Of a DNA stretch of 64,000 bases, positions 28,746-42,806 are shown one piece after another (position 1 is the first letter of the stretch; each line of letters begins with the position of its first letter). The position numbers were made by a program, and so were the translations under genes. The stretch lies in assembly GCF_009914755.1 (NCBI RefSeq), contig NC_060934.1, one strand, 5' to 3'. The notes under the pieces were generated by a model, which was given only the letters and a program-made list of their open reading frames with translations, ran no database searches and was not told the origin of the DNA. This DNA is from the human T2T-CHM13v2.0 reference genome, Homo sapiens.

Positions 28746-29329
28746 ATGACTAATAGGCACTATGGTGATGTGAGTTCAAAGGATTTGCGAATGGCTCATC
28801 AACCCCCACTCCACCTTGAAATGCTACCCCCATCAGTTCCCAGGGTCTGAAATTCCTTTAAGGAGAGACTGATTCTTTTTCTTCCATAGTCAGAGATATA
28901 GTTGACCATATAAAGTAAAGGAGGAAGGGAAGGAGATGTGAGCAGTACGCATCTTGTGCTGGAGCAGAAATGCTGGCTGGGGACCCTGGAGTCTGCGCTC
29001 ATGGTTTCTGAGCTGAGCACACTCTCCCCACAGTCTCAGTCCACCTGCTCTTGTGTCTGATCCCTGGAGAGTCTCTCATCCCTTCACGCAATAGAACCTA
29101 GATTCTGAAGACTAAGGTGAGAAGGAGCTGTGAGTTGGAGGGGTGAGTAATAAGGAGGAAATCCCCTAAGCCCAACTGGAGAGAAATCCAGGAGTCTATA
29201 GCGTTCTCGGCTGGAAACCCCAAACATTGCTGGTTCACTGTTCTCTGGTTTCCTGGTCATTCAGCATTTTCCCAGCACTTGCCAGGAACACGAAGACAAG
29301 TAGAACTGTGGCTCCCACCTTCCAGGGAT

Positions 29330-29810
29330 TCTGTAGGGATGCCTGTGGTGCCCGACTCACAGCCCCTGGATCCACTGCTCTCAGCCACAGCTGCTGGGAC
29401 AGTGGCAGGTGAGCCTGACAGCACCCCATCTTGCCTGCCTAGTTCATGCCCCAGGGCTGTCTCCAGAAAGTATAGGCCAGAATACTTATGGAATACAGAA
29501 TACAGAATATGCCTACCAGAAAGTATAGGCCAGAAATTCATTCCCCCAGGACAACTGGCCAACCAGCGGAGCCCAAGAGCCTTCCTCCAGGCAGATGACT
29601 CTGGCCACATTCTGATTTCTCAAGGGTGTCCAGGAGACCTCAACCCCTATTTCCCACAAGACCCACCTTGATAACACACACTCCTCCTGGGCTTTTCCTC
29701 ATTTCTTTCCTCACTTTCCCCATTCCCTGCTCCCAGGATCACCTTCCACATAGACTGCCTGCACGTGAAGCCTTATGCAGGCTTGGTTTTGGGGGAATCT
29801 GATCTCAGAT
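29330..29810 (+). mobile_element. ERVL LTR16-family relic
   Basis: GCCAGAAATTCATTCCCCCAGGACAAC..; CCCAGGATCACCTTCCACATAGACTGCCTGCAC..TTTTGGGGGAATCTGATCTCAGATA. Confidence 0.6.
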
Positions 29811-29859
29811 AGGTTTCTCATCTATTATCAGAGTGATGAGTTCTGAAATCAAGATAGGA

Positions 29860-30150
29860 ATAGGGCGCACAGAGGAGGAAGAACAAGCCACATGGGGACA
29901 GAAAAAGCCCCCAGAGGAGATGACATTTGGTCTGAGTCTTGAGAGATGAGAAGTCAGTCAGTAGACCAGAGACAGGAGGCATTCATTCCAGGCAGAGGGG
30001 CTAGCCCACGCAGAGACCCAGAGGTGAGTGAGAACATGTGGAAACTTCCAATAGTTCAGTCCACTGGAGTCTGGGATGCCAGTGAGGGCAGGTCCGGGGG
30101 AACTGGGCAAACAGGTGGGCCTGGGCCAGGAAATGTCCGCCCATGGAGAG
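29860..30150 (-). mobile_element. L2 fragment
   Basis: CCCAGAGGAGATGACATTTGGTCTGAGTCTTGA..CATTCCAGGCAGAGGG. Confidence 0.65.
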
Positions 30151-30687
30151 GTGGTGAGGGTCCAAGGTAGTAACAAACAAGAAACCCCCGTGTGAGCCCC
30201 TGAAACCAGGTCTGTTCAGTCCATCTGGGCTCCCAGAGCTGGCAGGAGAAGGTGTTCTGTTGACATGGGTAAAGGAAGGGGAGGAGGAGGAGAAGCCAGT
30301 GAACTGAACTGGCCAACCATGCTGTTGGCCACACACAGGTCCTGCAGCAAAGACACAGGACGGCCTTGCCCACTCACCTGACAGTGATGAAGGGGGTAGG
30401 GAAGGGCATGACTTGAATCCCAGGGTAACTTCATTCGGCAAAGTCCTCCTGGGAAATCACCCCCCAGGGTCCCTTCCCCAGGAAGCCCCTCTTCCTCCAC
30501 TCTCACCTCCCTCCCACCACCTGCCAACTCACCATCGCCACCATGAAAGCTCCTTGAAAGTGCCCCTTCCCTTGAAAGACACAGTTTCCAGGGCTCTTTT
30601 CCCTCGTAGGACACCGGACCAGATGCTTAGCCCCATTCATGATGTTTGTGTTTTTTAAGACAGCAAAGAGGCCAGATAGGGTTTTAA

Positions 30688-30911
<224 letters not shown>

Positions 30912-31267
30912 CTGCCTTTTTGTGTTCTTATAATGCTACAGCTTTACGGTGGTAAGATGTGTCCCCAGGGAGCTTGTCCCCTGGCAAGAGTGACCCATTT
31001 GTGGAGGATATAAGGGATCTGCCAAGGAGGAGATGAAGGATTGAAGGGGCAGACCTGGATGAGGAAGGGCGACTGCAGGTCTCACCTTCCCTCCCTTGCC
31101 AACCCAGAGCACTGCAGCTATGCCTCCATGCTCAGTGAGAGCTGTTGGCCCCCTCCAGTCTACATCCCACAGGGGAAAGCCTCCCACTTCCCTAGCTCTG
31201 ATAGATTGGCAGACAGGGCAACCTCACCTTGGAGCAAAAGCATGAATTATCCACCCGCCCAGTCTTG

Positions 31268-31450
31268 CAGTAGCAATCTTCATTTAGTACTTACTCTGTG
31301 CTAAGCACTTTACATGAGTTAACTCATTTCATCCTCATAATTGATTTAGATACTATTATTATCTTCAGTTGCAAATGAGGAAAACAAGACTCAGAGAGGC
31401 GATGTAGGTAGCCCAAGATCACACAGCAGGTGGTGGAAACGGGCCCTTAG
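31268..31450 (-). mobile_element. MIR SINE
   Basis: GTGCTAAGCACTTTACATGAGTTAACTCATTTCATCCTCA..AAATGAGGAAAAC. Confidence 0.8.
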
Positions 31451-34039
31451 GCCCCACAAGCTCAGGATGGTACGTTGGATGTTCCCGTAATCGGTGACTC
31501 TGTGGGCCTGTGTGTAGGGAGGGAAAAGACACACATGTGAGCGGAGTGTGTGTGAAATAAGAAGAAAGCCCAGTTGTAATAACAGTAATTCTGATCATAA
31601 CAGCAGTGGCGCTGACTGGGCACTCAGTGTGTTCTGGGCCTCGTGCTCTACCTGTGGTTTCATTCTCACCCATGCCGCGATGAGGTAGGTACTGCTGGTG
31701 CCATCATTGGAAGAGAATGCTCTTTCATCCACTTGTTTCCTCCTTGCACCCCTTCACTCATCACTCCTTGAGCTCACGCTGGGGGTTGTCTCCAAAAACT
31801 GGTCCAGATGCCCAGTGAGAGCAGCCTGACCCTGGCCTGAGGCCTCCCCCAGCCATGCTCTGGGTCTGTGGCTTCATTTACCCACATGCTGAGCACCTCC
31901 CTCCTCCATCCATGCCCTCGCGGGACCAGCTGTCCTCCCAGCCCTGCAGGCCTTGAGCCTGTGCATTGCTCAGCAAGCACAGCTGCTGGCGCCTACCCAT
32001 CCTGCCCGGCCAGCTCACCGTGGGGCGGGCAGACACCACAGCCTTCACCCAGCCAGGGCTTCCACATCCCTCTGCTTCCCCATCCAGCACGCGCTCCTGA
32101 CACCATGCTCTGTTCGGGCTTTGTCAGAGGTCCTGGCCCACGGCCTGGAGAGACCCCACGGCCCCAGCAACACCACAGCCTCCACCCTTGCCCTCCTCCC
32201 CAGGGCTCGGCGTCCCAGTGTCCATCCAGGAAGTCTGTCCTTCCTCCCCAGGCGACTTGGCCTTGGCCAGGGAGCATCCTCAAGTGCAATTTCCGTCCAA
32301 CTTTGTCCCATGACCGCTGTGCCGTGGAAACGCCACCCTCCACTCCCCTCCTGCCTCCGGCGCCACCTCAAGGCCACTTCCTGTGTGACCTTCCTGCTCC
32401 TGGGATCAGTCATTCCCACACTGGCTGGTGCTGGGGCCAGCCCCTTCTCTCCCTTCCTCCCTCTCTCCTCTGTTCCTCCCACTCTCCGGAAGGGAAGAAG
32501 GTCTGTCACCAGGCCCACAATTGATTAATAGCCCAGCTTTCACTGATAATTCCACCTCTGGGGGCTGCAGCACAAAGGTTTGAGTAAACATAGTGATTTT
32601 CTTTAAATACACATCCTCCCCACAAAGTAAAGTTTGTGACCCACCAAGGCCAGCTGACCCAGCAACTGTTTTCACCTCGGTGTCCTGGTTCTCTCCTCCG
32701 CCACCCCCCATGGCAAGGGTGTGGGAACAGCTTGGGATTCAGAATCCCCTTGGGGCCCAGGGCCCTCACCCTACTTTGGTGAAGCCTTTCTAGACCCTCT
32801 TCAGCCTGAGGAAGTTCCTCTCTGCTCCTCCCCTGCTGCCTCCTGGACCGTCCTTCAGGCTCAGAGCTCCTGGTCCCTGCCACTGCTGACCCCTTCAATG
32901 GTGCCTGCCACCCACTCCAACAAGGAGCAGAGTAACCAGGCCAGCCTGTTGCTCTTCCATTTTAACCTGCCATTCCTGGCTGTCCCTCTTGGACTTGCGA
33001 GGTCAAACATTCCTGTTTCTGAGCTCCCGCCTCTTTCCCCAGCTTATCTCCATAATGTGTTTGGACCCCCTCTCCTGCCTCTACTCTCATGGCCTCAGTT
33101 TTGACCTCCTCTGCCCAGTTCCATGCCCTACTTCAGTTGCAGGGGCAGGGGATTAGAGGCCCTGGGGACTGCACACGCTGCAGGATTGAATGCCTCAGGG
33201 GCAGGAACTTGCGGAGGACAGAGTCCACTGCACGAGCTAGTAAAAAACTCCATCATTGAGGGTCACAAAACTGAAGGTCTTGATTCCGAGCTCTTCAGAG
33301 GGACCCTTGAGTGGGGCTCTGGTCCTGTGGCCTTTGATCTCATACTCAGTCCATTGCAGCAGATGCTGTGGTCACATATAACGCTGGATCTTTTTGAAAT
33401 ATTAATTTTTTCTTTTTTTCCTCTACATGTTAGCTCTTTTTTTTCTCTCATTCAAGCAGGAGGCATTTGAAAGTTATGCTGGGTCTTCGTTTGCCCACAG
33501 ATCAAGAACAATTTAGGGAGTTTGCAGAGCAGATGAACAGAGATTTATGGAATGAGCAAAATGCCCTGTGGGAGCATTGGGGAGTGAGTTCTCTGGCATC
33601 TCCTGCTCTGAGACCAGAAAGCGATTCCTCTGAGGAGATGGGGAGGCCACCCAGCAGCTGGATCCCAGCCCTGCTTCTTTGCAGGGTGTGTGGAGACAGC
33701 AAGACCCCGGGGAGGAGTGGCTCCCCGAGTGCAGCACGCATTTGGAATCAGCACTGGGTTTCTGGTCTTGGCAAAGTCTCTGGCACAGAGGCAGAGGAGA
33801 GTCAAAGTCAGGCACAACAGCATGTCCATACCAGGCCATGGAGACTGGTCACTGATTCCATGTTTTGGTGCAGGAGATTACAATCCTAGAATACCAGGAA
33901 TGATGGGGTGACATTTTCCGTAGCTTGGAGGAATAGACCTCAGAGTCAGAAATGAATTTTACTTACAAAAGATGACTTCTGTGTTTGTGCACTAAGATTT
34001 ATACCCTAAATAACCAGAGGACGTGTGGTTATCAGAGCA

Positions 34040-34260
34040 CACCACGCTATTTCCCGTCTTCTGCAGCAGCCTTTGCATGTGCTGTTCCCTTTGACTAGAA
34101 AGTCCTTCCTCCCTACAGTCTGTGTGCTGACTCCTGTTGGCCCTTTAAAACCAGGCTCAGGTGGTGCTTTCTCTCTAGGAAACCTCCCCAGAGAGGCAAA
34201 ATTCTCCACACCTGCTTCCCTCTCTGTGTGCTGCTTGCCTCTATAATGTTTTTTATATAC
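34040..34260 (+). mobile_element. L2 fragment (continues at ~36990-37150 after L1MB insertion)
   Basis: GCCTTTGCATGTGCTGTTCCCTTTGACTAGAAAGTCCTTCC..CTCTAGGAAACCTCCCC. Confidence 0.7.
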
Positions 34261-34372
34261 ATATATATAATATCCATTTTATATGTATATAATATGTACA
34301 TATTATTTATAAATATATATTCAACTATATATTATATGTAATATATTATATGTTTTAATATATTTTTATATA
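34254..34372. repeat. AT-rich (TA)n low-complexity tract between two ~47-bp direct repeats
   Basis: Nearly pure A/T; flanked by TGCTTCCCTCTCTGTGTGCT.. at 34213 and 34373. Confidence 0.85.
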
Positions 34373-34531
34373 TGCTTCCCTCTCTGTGTGCTACTTACCT
34401 CCATACTGTTTTTTTATATATATATTTTTTCTTTTTATTGAGATATAATTGACGTACCATAATGTTCATCCTTGTGAAGTATTACAGTTCAGTGGTGTTT
34501 TCAGCATATTCACAAAATTGTGCAACCATCA

Positions 34532-34914
34532 TGATATGGTTAGACTTTGTATCCCCACCCAAATCTTATCTGGAATTGTAATCCCCATAATCCCCACATA
34601 CTGAGGGAGGGACCTGGTGGGAGGTGATTGGGTCATGGAGGCGGTTTCCCCCAGGCTGTTCGTTCTCATGATAGTGAGTGACTTCTCACGAGATCTGATG
34701 GTTTTATAAGGGGCTCTTCCCTCTTCGCTCATCCCTTCTCTTTCTTGCCACCATGTGAGAAAGGTCCTTGCTTCCCCTTTGCCTTCCACCATGATTGTAA
34801 GTTTCCTGAGGCCTCCCCAGCCATGTGGAACTGTAAGTCAATTACACCTCTTTCCTTTATAAATTACCCAGTCTCGGGTATGTCTTTAGAGCCATGTGAA
34901 AATGGACTAATACA
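34532..34914 (+). mobile_element. THE1 (D-like) solo LTR
   Basis: TGATATGGTT..CCCCACCCAAATCT ... AATGGACTAATACA; TSD CATCA (34527-34531, 34915-34919). Confidence 0.94.
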
Positions 34915-35180
34915 CATCACCACTCTCTAATTCCAGAACATTTTTATCATTCTCAAAATAAACCCATACCCATTAGCAGATACTCCCCTTTCTCCTCTGC
35001 CCCTAGCCCTTGGCGACCACTAATTTACTTTCCCTCTCTATGGATTTGCCTATTTTGGACATGTCATATAAATGGAATAATACAATAGGTGGCCTTTTTT
35101 GTCTGGCTTCTTTCACTTGGCATAATGTTTTCAAAGTTCATTCATGTTGTAATATGTACCAATACTTCATCCTATTTTTA

Positions 35181-36452
35181 AATTTTAGATAACAATATAT
35201 TTTATTACTTGACCAAGCTATTTCTAAAAGTAAGCTAGTTATTACACCACAGAAAAATAATGTCTTATTCAAAAAGAATTACTCTAGATTTATTTGGCAA
35301 GTCTTATTTTTGTTAAATATTAATTTTAATGAATTTTACCCTTTTTTTTTTGGAAACAGGGTTTCACTCTGTCACCCAGGCTGGAGTGCAGTGGCTGGAT
35401 CACGGCTCATTGCAGCCTTGACCTCAGGGGCTCAAGCAATCCTCCTGGCCTCAACCTCCTGAGTAGCTGGGACTACAAGCTACCTCGCCCAGCTGATTTT
35501 TGTATTTTTTGTAGCGATGGGGGGGTCTCACCATGTTGCGTAGGCTGGTCTCGAACTCCTGGTCTCAAGTGATCTGCCTGACTTGGCCTCCCAAAGTACT
35601 GGGATTACAGGTGTGAACCACCGTACCTGGCCCATTTTACACTTTTAAATCCTTTTCTACTAAGGTGATCATTCAATCAGTTTCCATATAGTTTTTCCTC
35701 TGTACATAAAGATTGGTAACATTGTAAATAAGTATTACAATCCGAATTCACAGAAAATATTTATAATCTCAAGAGAACAGAATCTATTTTGAACAGAGCT
35801 CTTGTTTTTGTAATATTAGTTCACCACCACATTTTTCCATATGTTTCTGTATCCACCTTTTCTTGGAACTTATGGGCAGGAAATGACAGAAGAAGGCAGG
35901 AAAAGGAAACGTCAAAGTTTTTTTGGAGGGACTGCATTTTCTGGGACTGATAAGATGGATGACTTCCACTGTAACTCTGGTTATCAAAGGAATAGGAGAA
36001 ATAACAAATTCTCAGTATAGTTGTCAATCTCACTTAATACCATCAGAATGAAGGATTTAAATGAAAAGTTCAAGTTAAAAGGCATCTTTATACATAATCC
36101 TCTGATATTCCTAGTGCTCTCACTTATTTACCTGTGTGGGTGTTTTTAAAAAACTGGAAGTATAATAAAAAGAATCCAGAATCCATATGAAAAGTAGATA
36201 TGTGTGTTAACATAGAAATTGAATAAATTGGTATTTCAAATATCAATCCCTGTATTTTTTCCATCATGAAAATGAAATACATTTTTAATGTAAAGTTTTG
36301 GGTTTTGTTTCTTTTTAGAACTTTCACTTATTTGTAACTTTCATTTCTTATTTTTTGTAACTTTCATTTTTAAAAAATTAACTGCTTTGCATTTCCCCTT
36401 GTGGAAAAAAAGAAAAACTACTCAAAATAGCTTTCCCTTTATGAAGTGAATG
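35181..36452 (-). pseudogene. Candidate retroposed 3'UTR-like fragment or orphan transduction (parent unidentified)
   Basis: AT-rich block with no repeat match I recognise, inside L1MB; minus-strand AATAAA (35201-35206) then A-rich tail; degenerate ~17-bp TSD at 35163-35180 and 36453-36469. Confidence 0.55.
35342..35632 (-). mobile_element. AluJ (Jb-like)
   Basis: TGCAGCCTTGACCTC..GGCTCAAGCAATCCTCC; GAACTCCTGGTCTCAAGTGATC. Confidence 0.92.
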
Positions 36453-36989
36453 TACTCCATTTATTTTTATGGCTGAAAAATATTCTATTGCATGAATATA
36501 CTATGTTTTATTATTCCATTTGTCAATTAATGGACATTTGATTGTTTCCATTTTGGGGCTATTCTGAATACTGCTGCTACGAACATTTGTGTACAGATTT
36601 TTGTGTGGACACATGCTTTAATGCTTTTGGGCCTATATGTAGGAGTGGTATTGCTGGGTTACATGAAAACTCTGTGTTTAACCTTTTGAGGAACTGTTGA
36701 AAGTGGCTGTACCACTCTACATGCCCCCCCAGCAGTGTATGAAGATTCCAATTTCCCTACACCCTTTCCGTCACTTGTTATTATCTGTCTTTTTGATTAG
36801 AGTCATCTTAGTGGTTTGAAGCAATATCTCATTGTGGCTGGATTTGCATTTCTGTAATGACAAATAATGTTGATCATTTTTTAATGTGCTTATTGGCCAC
36901 TTGTGTGTCTTCTTTGGAGGAATTTCTATTCAAATCCTTTGTCCATTTTTAATTTTTTTAATTGTTGACTTGCGTGTGTACATATTTCC

Positions 36990-37150
36990 ACTAGTGCATT
37001 TCCCACACTGTTCTGTCGCCTATGCTTTATGTGTCTGAGTTTCCTATTAGACTGTGGCCAGATGTGGGCAGGGTCTGGGTCAGACTTGAACCCAGGCCCT
37101 TCTCATGGGCACAGTGCAGAGCATGCAGTAGGCACCTGGTAAATGCATCA
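36990..37150 (+). mobile_element. L2 3' end
   Basis: TATTAGACTGTG..GGGCAGGG..GCACAGTG..GCAGTAGGCACCTGGTAAATG. Confidence 0.6.
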
Positions 37151-37569
37151 AGACTGGAGACCCAAACTCTCTGGGGAGCCCTTGTGCTCTCCTCCAAGCT
37201 TCTTTCTTCTCAAAGTCCCTGCATTTCTAGATTCCTTATATATGGAAGCCCGTGGTGGGTCTGGGTCCTCTCTGGGGAAGCAGGGGTTGAGCTGAGAGGT
37301 CTCAATTCTGGAACATACTGCCTCACTGCCTAGGTAAGGGCCCCGCTCCACACTCAGCCTTGCCTCTGTGCCTATTCTCTTTTCTTGTTTCTCTTTTTGT
37401 GTTGGTGGAGGTGATGGGGGAGAAGAAATGATTGCTTTTGAGCCAGGGTTGATGCAGCCCTGGTTGAATTTTTAAATAAAAGGAAAATCTCCATCTCTTA
37501 GTTTGTGCCACATGAATCCCAAGATGCATTTGTCTTGTAGCCACATTTAGTGAATCTGCTAACTCTACC

Positions 37570-38022
37570 TTGGCTAGGGTTCTGGAGACCTTCTGTTTGC
37601 TGCCACCCACTCCATCCACTCTCTCCCCTCCTCTGTGCCCAGAAGCTGACATTGGTGTGTTATATCAGTGGGTTCCTTTGGGCTCTGGCTTCCAGCTGGA
37701 TTTGACCAGTGGGACACTGGCTGGAAACTGGACAGACATGGAGGTGAGCAGTTAGAGGTGTTTATTCCCTTCTTGCTGAGCTGTGTCTATGTCTGTCCAC
37801 TGAAGGCCACAGCTCCTGCTAGGGAGCCTCTCCACATAGCCCCTGTCTCAGGTTCGGGCCCAAGAGTGCTGTCCACACAGCTGGCATGAGCTGAGGGTAC
37901 ACTGCTCTCCACTTGGGCTTGCCCAGACCCTGCTAATACTTCTGTGCAGTGTCCCTTTATTCACTTTCCTGAGAATACCCAGTTTGAGTGTGCTTCATTT
38001 CCTACAGGACCCTGGCTGATAT
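37570..38022 (+). mobile_element. ERVL LTR33-like solo LTR
   Basis: CTCTGTGCCCAGAAGCTGAC..CTCTGGCTTCCAGCTGGATTTGACCAGTGGG..TACCCAGTTTGAGTGTGC..CAGGACCCTGGCTGATA. Confidence 0.75.
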
Positions 38023-38044
38023 AGCTGGGGACTGTCAAATGTGA

Positions 38045-38260
38045 TGGCAGAGAGCCAGGTATTGGTCTCGGACTGCCACACATTAGCTGCATTAACTTGG
38101 GCAAGTCATGTAAGCTATCAAGCCTCAACTTTCTCATCTGCAACGTGGACACAATACCAGTTCTTCCTTCACAGAGCTGACGTGAGAAGGAAGTGAGGCT
38201 GTGACTGTCAGCGCAGCAACTGGCACATACTAAGGCCCCCTTCAATAGTGGATGCTATCG
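38045..38260 (+). mobile_element. MIR SINE
   Basis: CTTGGGCAAGTCATGTAA..GCCTCAACTTTCTCATCTGCAA. Confidence 0.75.
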
Positions 38261-39600
38261 TTAGAAGGACTAGAGCTTTGGCTGTTGGAGGAGAGTGATT
38301 TACTCTTTGTCCTTGCCTACTTGCTCCCATTTCACTTGAGATGAACAGCTGAAGAGCACTTGCAGGAACTCAAGGTTGAAACAGGAGTAAAATAGCACCT
38401 GATCCACACTGGGAAGATTGTGGAAGGACACAGGAGTCTAAGAGAAGATCTTCTCACCTTTAGGGAATTGGCCACACACTGGAGAAGTCAAGACAGACCC
38501 ACAGGGGAACTGGGCATGAGAGGGTCTACTGAGCCTGGATAACTAGAGTCGTAGCCACTCAGACACTTGAGCCTCCTGCCGTGTGGCAGGGGTTTGGATG
38601 TATTCTCCATAGTTCAGGGGACAGAGGTGGCATCAGGAAATGAATGTTCCTCCCAACTCTAGATCCTGTGAAACTCCCATTTGATAACAAGTGAGCCTCC
38701 TTCTGGTTTATCTCGGAGGCTTTCTGGGCTATAACAGGAAGAGTGTCGGCCTTGGGGGCTGCAGAGACCTGAGTGTGACCTTGTGTTGCTCGCTGGCTGG
38801 GGACCAGGGCGAGACACATGACCTCTTTGGGCCTCCATGTCCTCATCTGTGTTGAGCACACAGAGAAGCTTTATCAAAGGGGATAGTGGCCATTCAGACT
38901 TTTAAAAAGAAAATAAACTAAGTATATAAGGCAAGGAGGAAAAGAGCTCTGGGTGGTCCCATGAGGGATCAGAGCCAGGGAGTTGTGAGCTGGGCTGAGC
39001 GTTGAAGGCCAGTGGATCTAATCAAATGTCTGGAGATGGGGAATGTGTCAGGCTAAGGGTCTCAGGGAACCTGGGTGAGAGGCCACCCTCAGTGGGTAGA
39101 GTACAGGTCATAGAGAACGACATTAGAGAGACTGGTTGTATCTGACACCCCTCACCCTGGCTTTCCTCCTGGGGCTTAGGGCTGGGGCAAGGGGCAGGCA
39201 TAGGTGAGCAGACAGGTGGGTAAGTAAATGCTGGGGCCTAATGCCAATAACCGGGGGGAGGGTTCCACACACCCGGGCCTGCCTTCATTTGCTCAACAAC
39301 ATTCAAGGAGCATTTGTTATCGCCCGTGACATTCCAGACCTGTGTCAGATGTGGGGACATGGCAGGAAAGTGATCCAAGTGCTGGTCTCAAGGAGGTCAC
39401 AGTCTTAGATGCCTTACTTAGTTACGCCAGGTCCATCTGAAGGCCCACAGCTCTCTTATGAGCTCTGTGATCTGGGGCAAATGAGTTGTGTTTTTTGGAC
39501 ATTTCCCTCATCTGAGCGGATAGGGACACCAGTTCCATGCAGGGTTGATTGGAGGAATAACAACATGTGAGATTATGACACAAAAAATTTAGCATTCCCC

Positions 39601-39898
39601 GGCCGGGCGCTGTGGTTCACGCCTGTAATCCCAGCACTTTGGGAGGCCGAGGTGGGCAGATCGTGAGGTCAGGAGATGGAGTCCATCCTGGCTTACAAGG
39701 TGAAACCCCGTCTCTACTAAAAATACAAAAAGTTAGCTGGGTGTGGTGGCAGCCGCCTATAGTCCCAGCTACTCGGGAAGCTGAGGCAGGAGAATGGTGT
39801 GAACCCAGGAGGCAGAGCTTGTAGTGATCAGAGATTGTGCCACTGCACTCCAGCCTGGGTGACAGAGCGAGACTCTGTCTCAAAAAAAAAAAAAAAAA
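39601..39898 (+). mobile_element. AluY-like
   Basis: GAATGGTGTGAACCCAGGAGGCAGAGCTTG; 19-bp TSD AAAAAATTTAGCATTCCCC. Confidence 0.95.
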
Positions 39899-40083
39899 AA
39901 AAAATTTAGCATTCCCCAAGTGCCAGTACATGGCAGCTATTTGATTGACATGCATTCAGGTACACTTGTAACCTTAATAAGTAAATGAAAGTTTTCCTAG
40001 AGAACCACTTCTACATGTGTGCAAAGAGGCATTTATGCTGAATGGTCTGTAACAGGCAAATACTGAAAATAGTGTCGAGTGTC

Positions 40084-40738
<655 letters not shown>

Positions 40739-40744
40739 GTGTCT

Positions 40745-40990
40745 GTCAGAAGGGGACTGCTTAGCTATGGTACGTTAGTACTATGAAATACTGTGTAGTA
40801 GCTTAAATGAATGTGGTAGCTTATATGTACTGACACGGAAAGATCTCTAAGAAATAGCATTGAGTATAAAGGGAAAGTTGCAAAATGGGTGCAGAATGGT
40901 TCCATTTCTGTAAACCTACAGAAGATATCTAGATGGATTCACACAAAAGTGATGTAACCTTCGGTTACCCACTGGGGAGGGGCGGGAATT
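40745..40990 (+). mobile_element. L1ME 3' fragment
   Basis: TATGGTAC..TATGAAATACTGTGTAG..TATGTACTGACACGGAAAGATCTCTAAGA..AAAGTTGCAAAA. Confidence 0.6.
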
Positions 40991-41015
40991 AATGAGGGAG
41001 GGTATTTCATCTGTT

Positions 41016-41113
41016 CAGATGCTGCTCAACTTGTGTCAGGGCTCACATCCCAATAAACCCATCATTAGTTTAAAACACTGTAAGTCAGACCATCATAAGT
41101 TGGCGACTGTGTG
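41016..41113 (+). mobile_element. Tigger-derived MITE, MER47-like
   Basis: CAGATGCTGCTCAACTT..CATCCCAATAAACCCATCATTAGTT..CCATCATAAGTTGG. Confidence 0.65.
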
Positions 41114-41169
41114 TACTGTTTAAAGTTTAGAATACCTGTTATATCTGAGGTATCAAAAATGAAGTTAAG

Positions 41170-41515
<346 letters not shown>

Positions 41516-41654
41516 TTAAGAAATGACTTTTTTTCTACCTCTCTAAGACTGTTTCTTTCTTTGCAGAACGAGGGGTTTTCATTAAAAGATATTTAATAGT
41601 CTTTCCATTCTTTTTTATTGTAGTAAAATATATATGATATTTATCATTTTAACC

Positions 41655-41959
<305 letters not shown>

Positions 41960-42399
41960 TAAATGTACACTTCAGTGACATTAAGAACATTCACATTGTT
42001 GTACAATCATCACCACCACTATCCAGCTCCAGAATGTTTTCATCATCCCAAATTGAAACTCCATACTCATTAAACAATAACTCCCTATTCCCTCCTCCCC
42101 ACAGCCCCTGGTTACCACTATTCTTTCTATCTCTATGAATTTTACTATTCTAGATACATAATGTAAGTGGAATCACACAATATTTGTCCCTTTGTGTCTG
42201 GCTTATTTCACTTAGCATGTTTTCAAGGTCCGTCCATGTTGCAGCATGTATCAGAATTCTTTTGAAAGACAATAACAACCCAGTTTATTGTATCACATTT
42301 TGTTTATTTATTCATTTGTCAGTGAACATTTAGGTTGTTTCCACCTTTACTATTGTGAATAATACTGTTATGAACATGAGTATACAAATATCTGTTCGA

Positions 42400-42806
<407 letters not shown>

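Larger units (their letters stand above)
34421..36970 (-). mobile_element. L1MB 3' region, split by a THE1 LTR and a 1.27-kb insertion
   Basis: TTTATTGAGATATAATT..TTGTGCAACCATCA | CACTCTCTAATTCCAGAACATTTT..TTCATGTTGTA..TACTTCATCC | TTTTTATGGCTGAA..TGGACATTTG..TTGGCCACTTGTGTGTCTTCTTTGGAG. Confidence 0.85.

Noticed and set aside
29463-29535. Repeat-spacer-repeat resembling a minimal CRISPR array
   Set aside because: Only two repeats, the filler derives from the repeat itself, no cas genes, primate context
31868-32528. Overlapping 218, 191 and 157 aa ORFs
   Set aside because: Long ORFs in several frames and both strands reflect stop-codon scarcity in C-rich DNA; no homology recognised and no convincing splice structure
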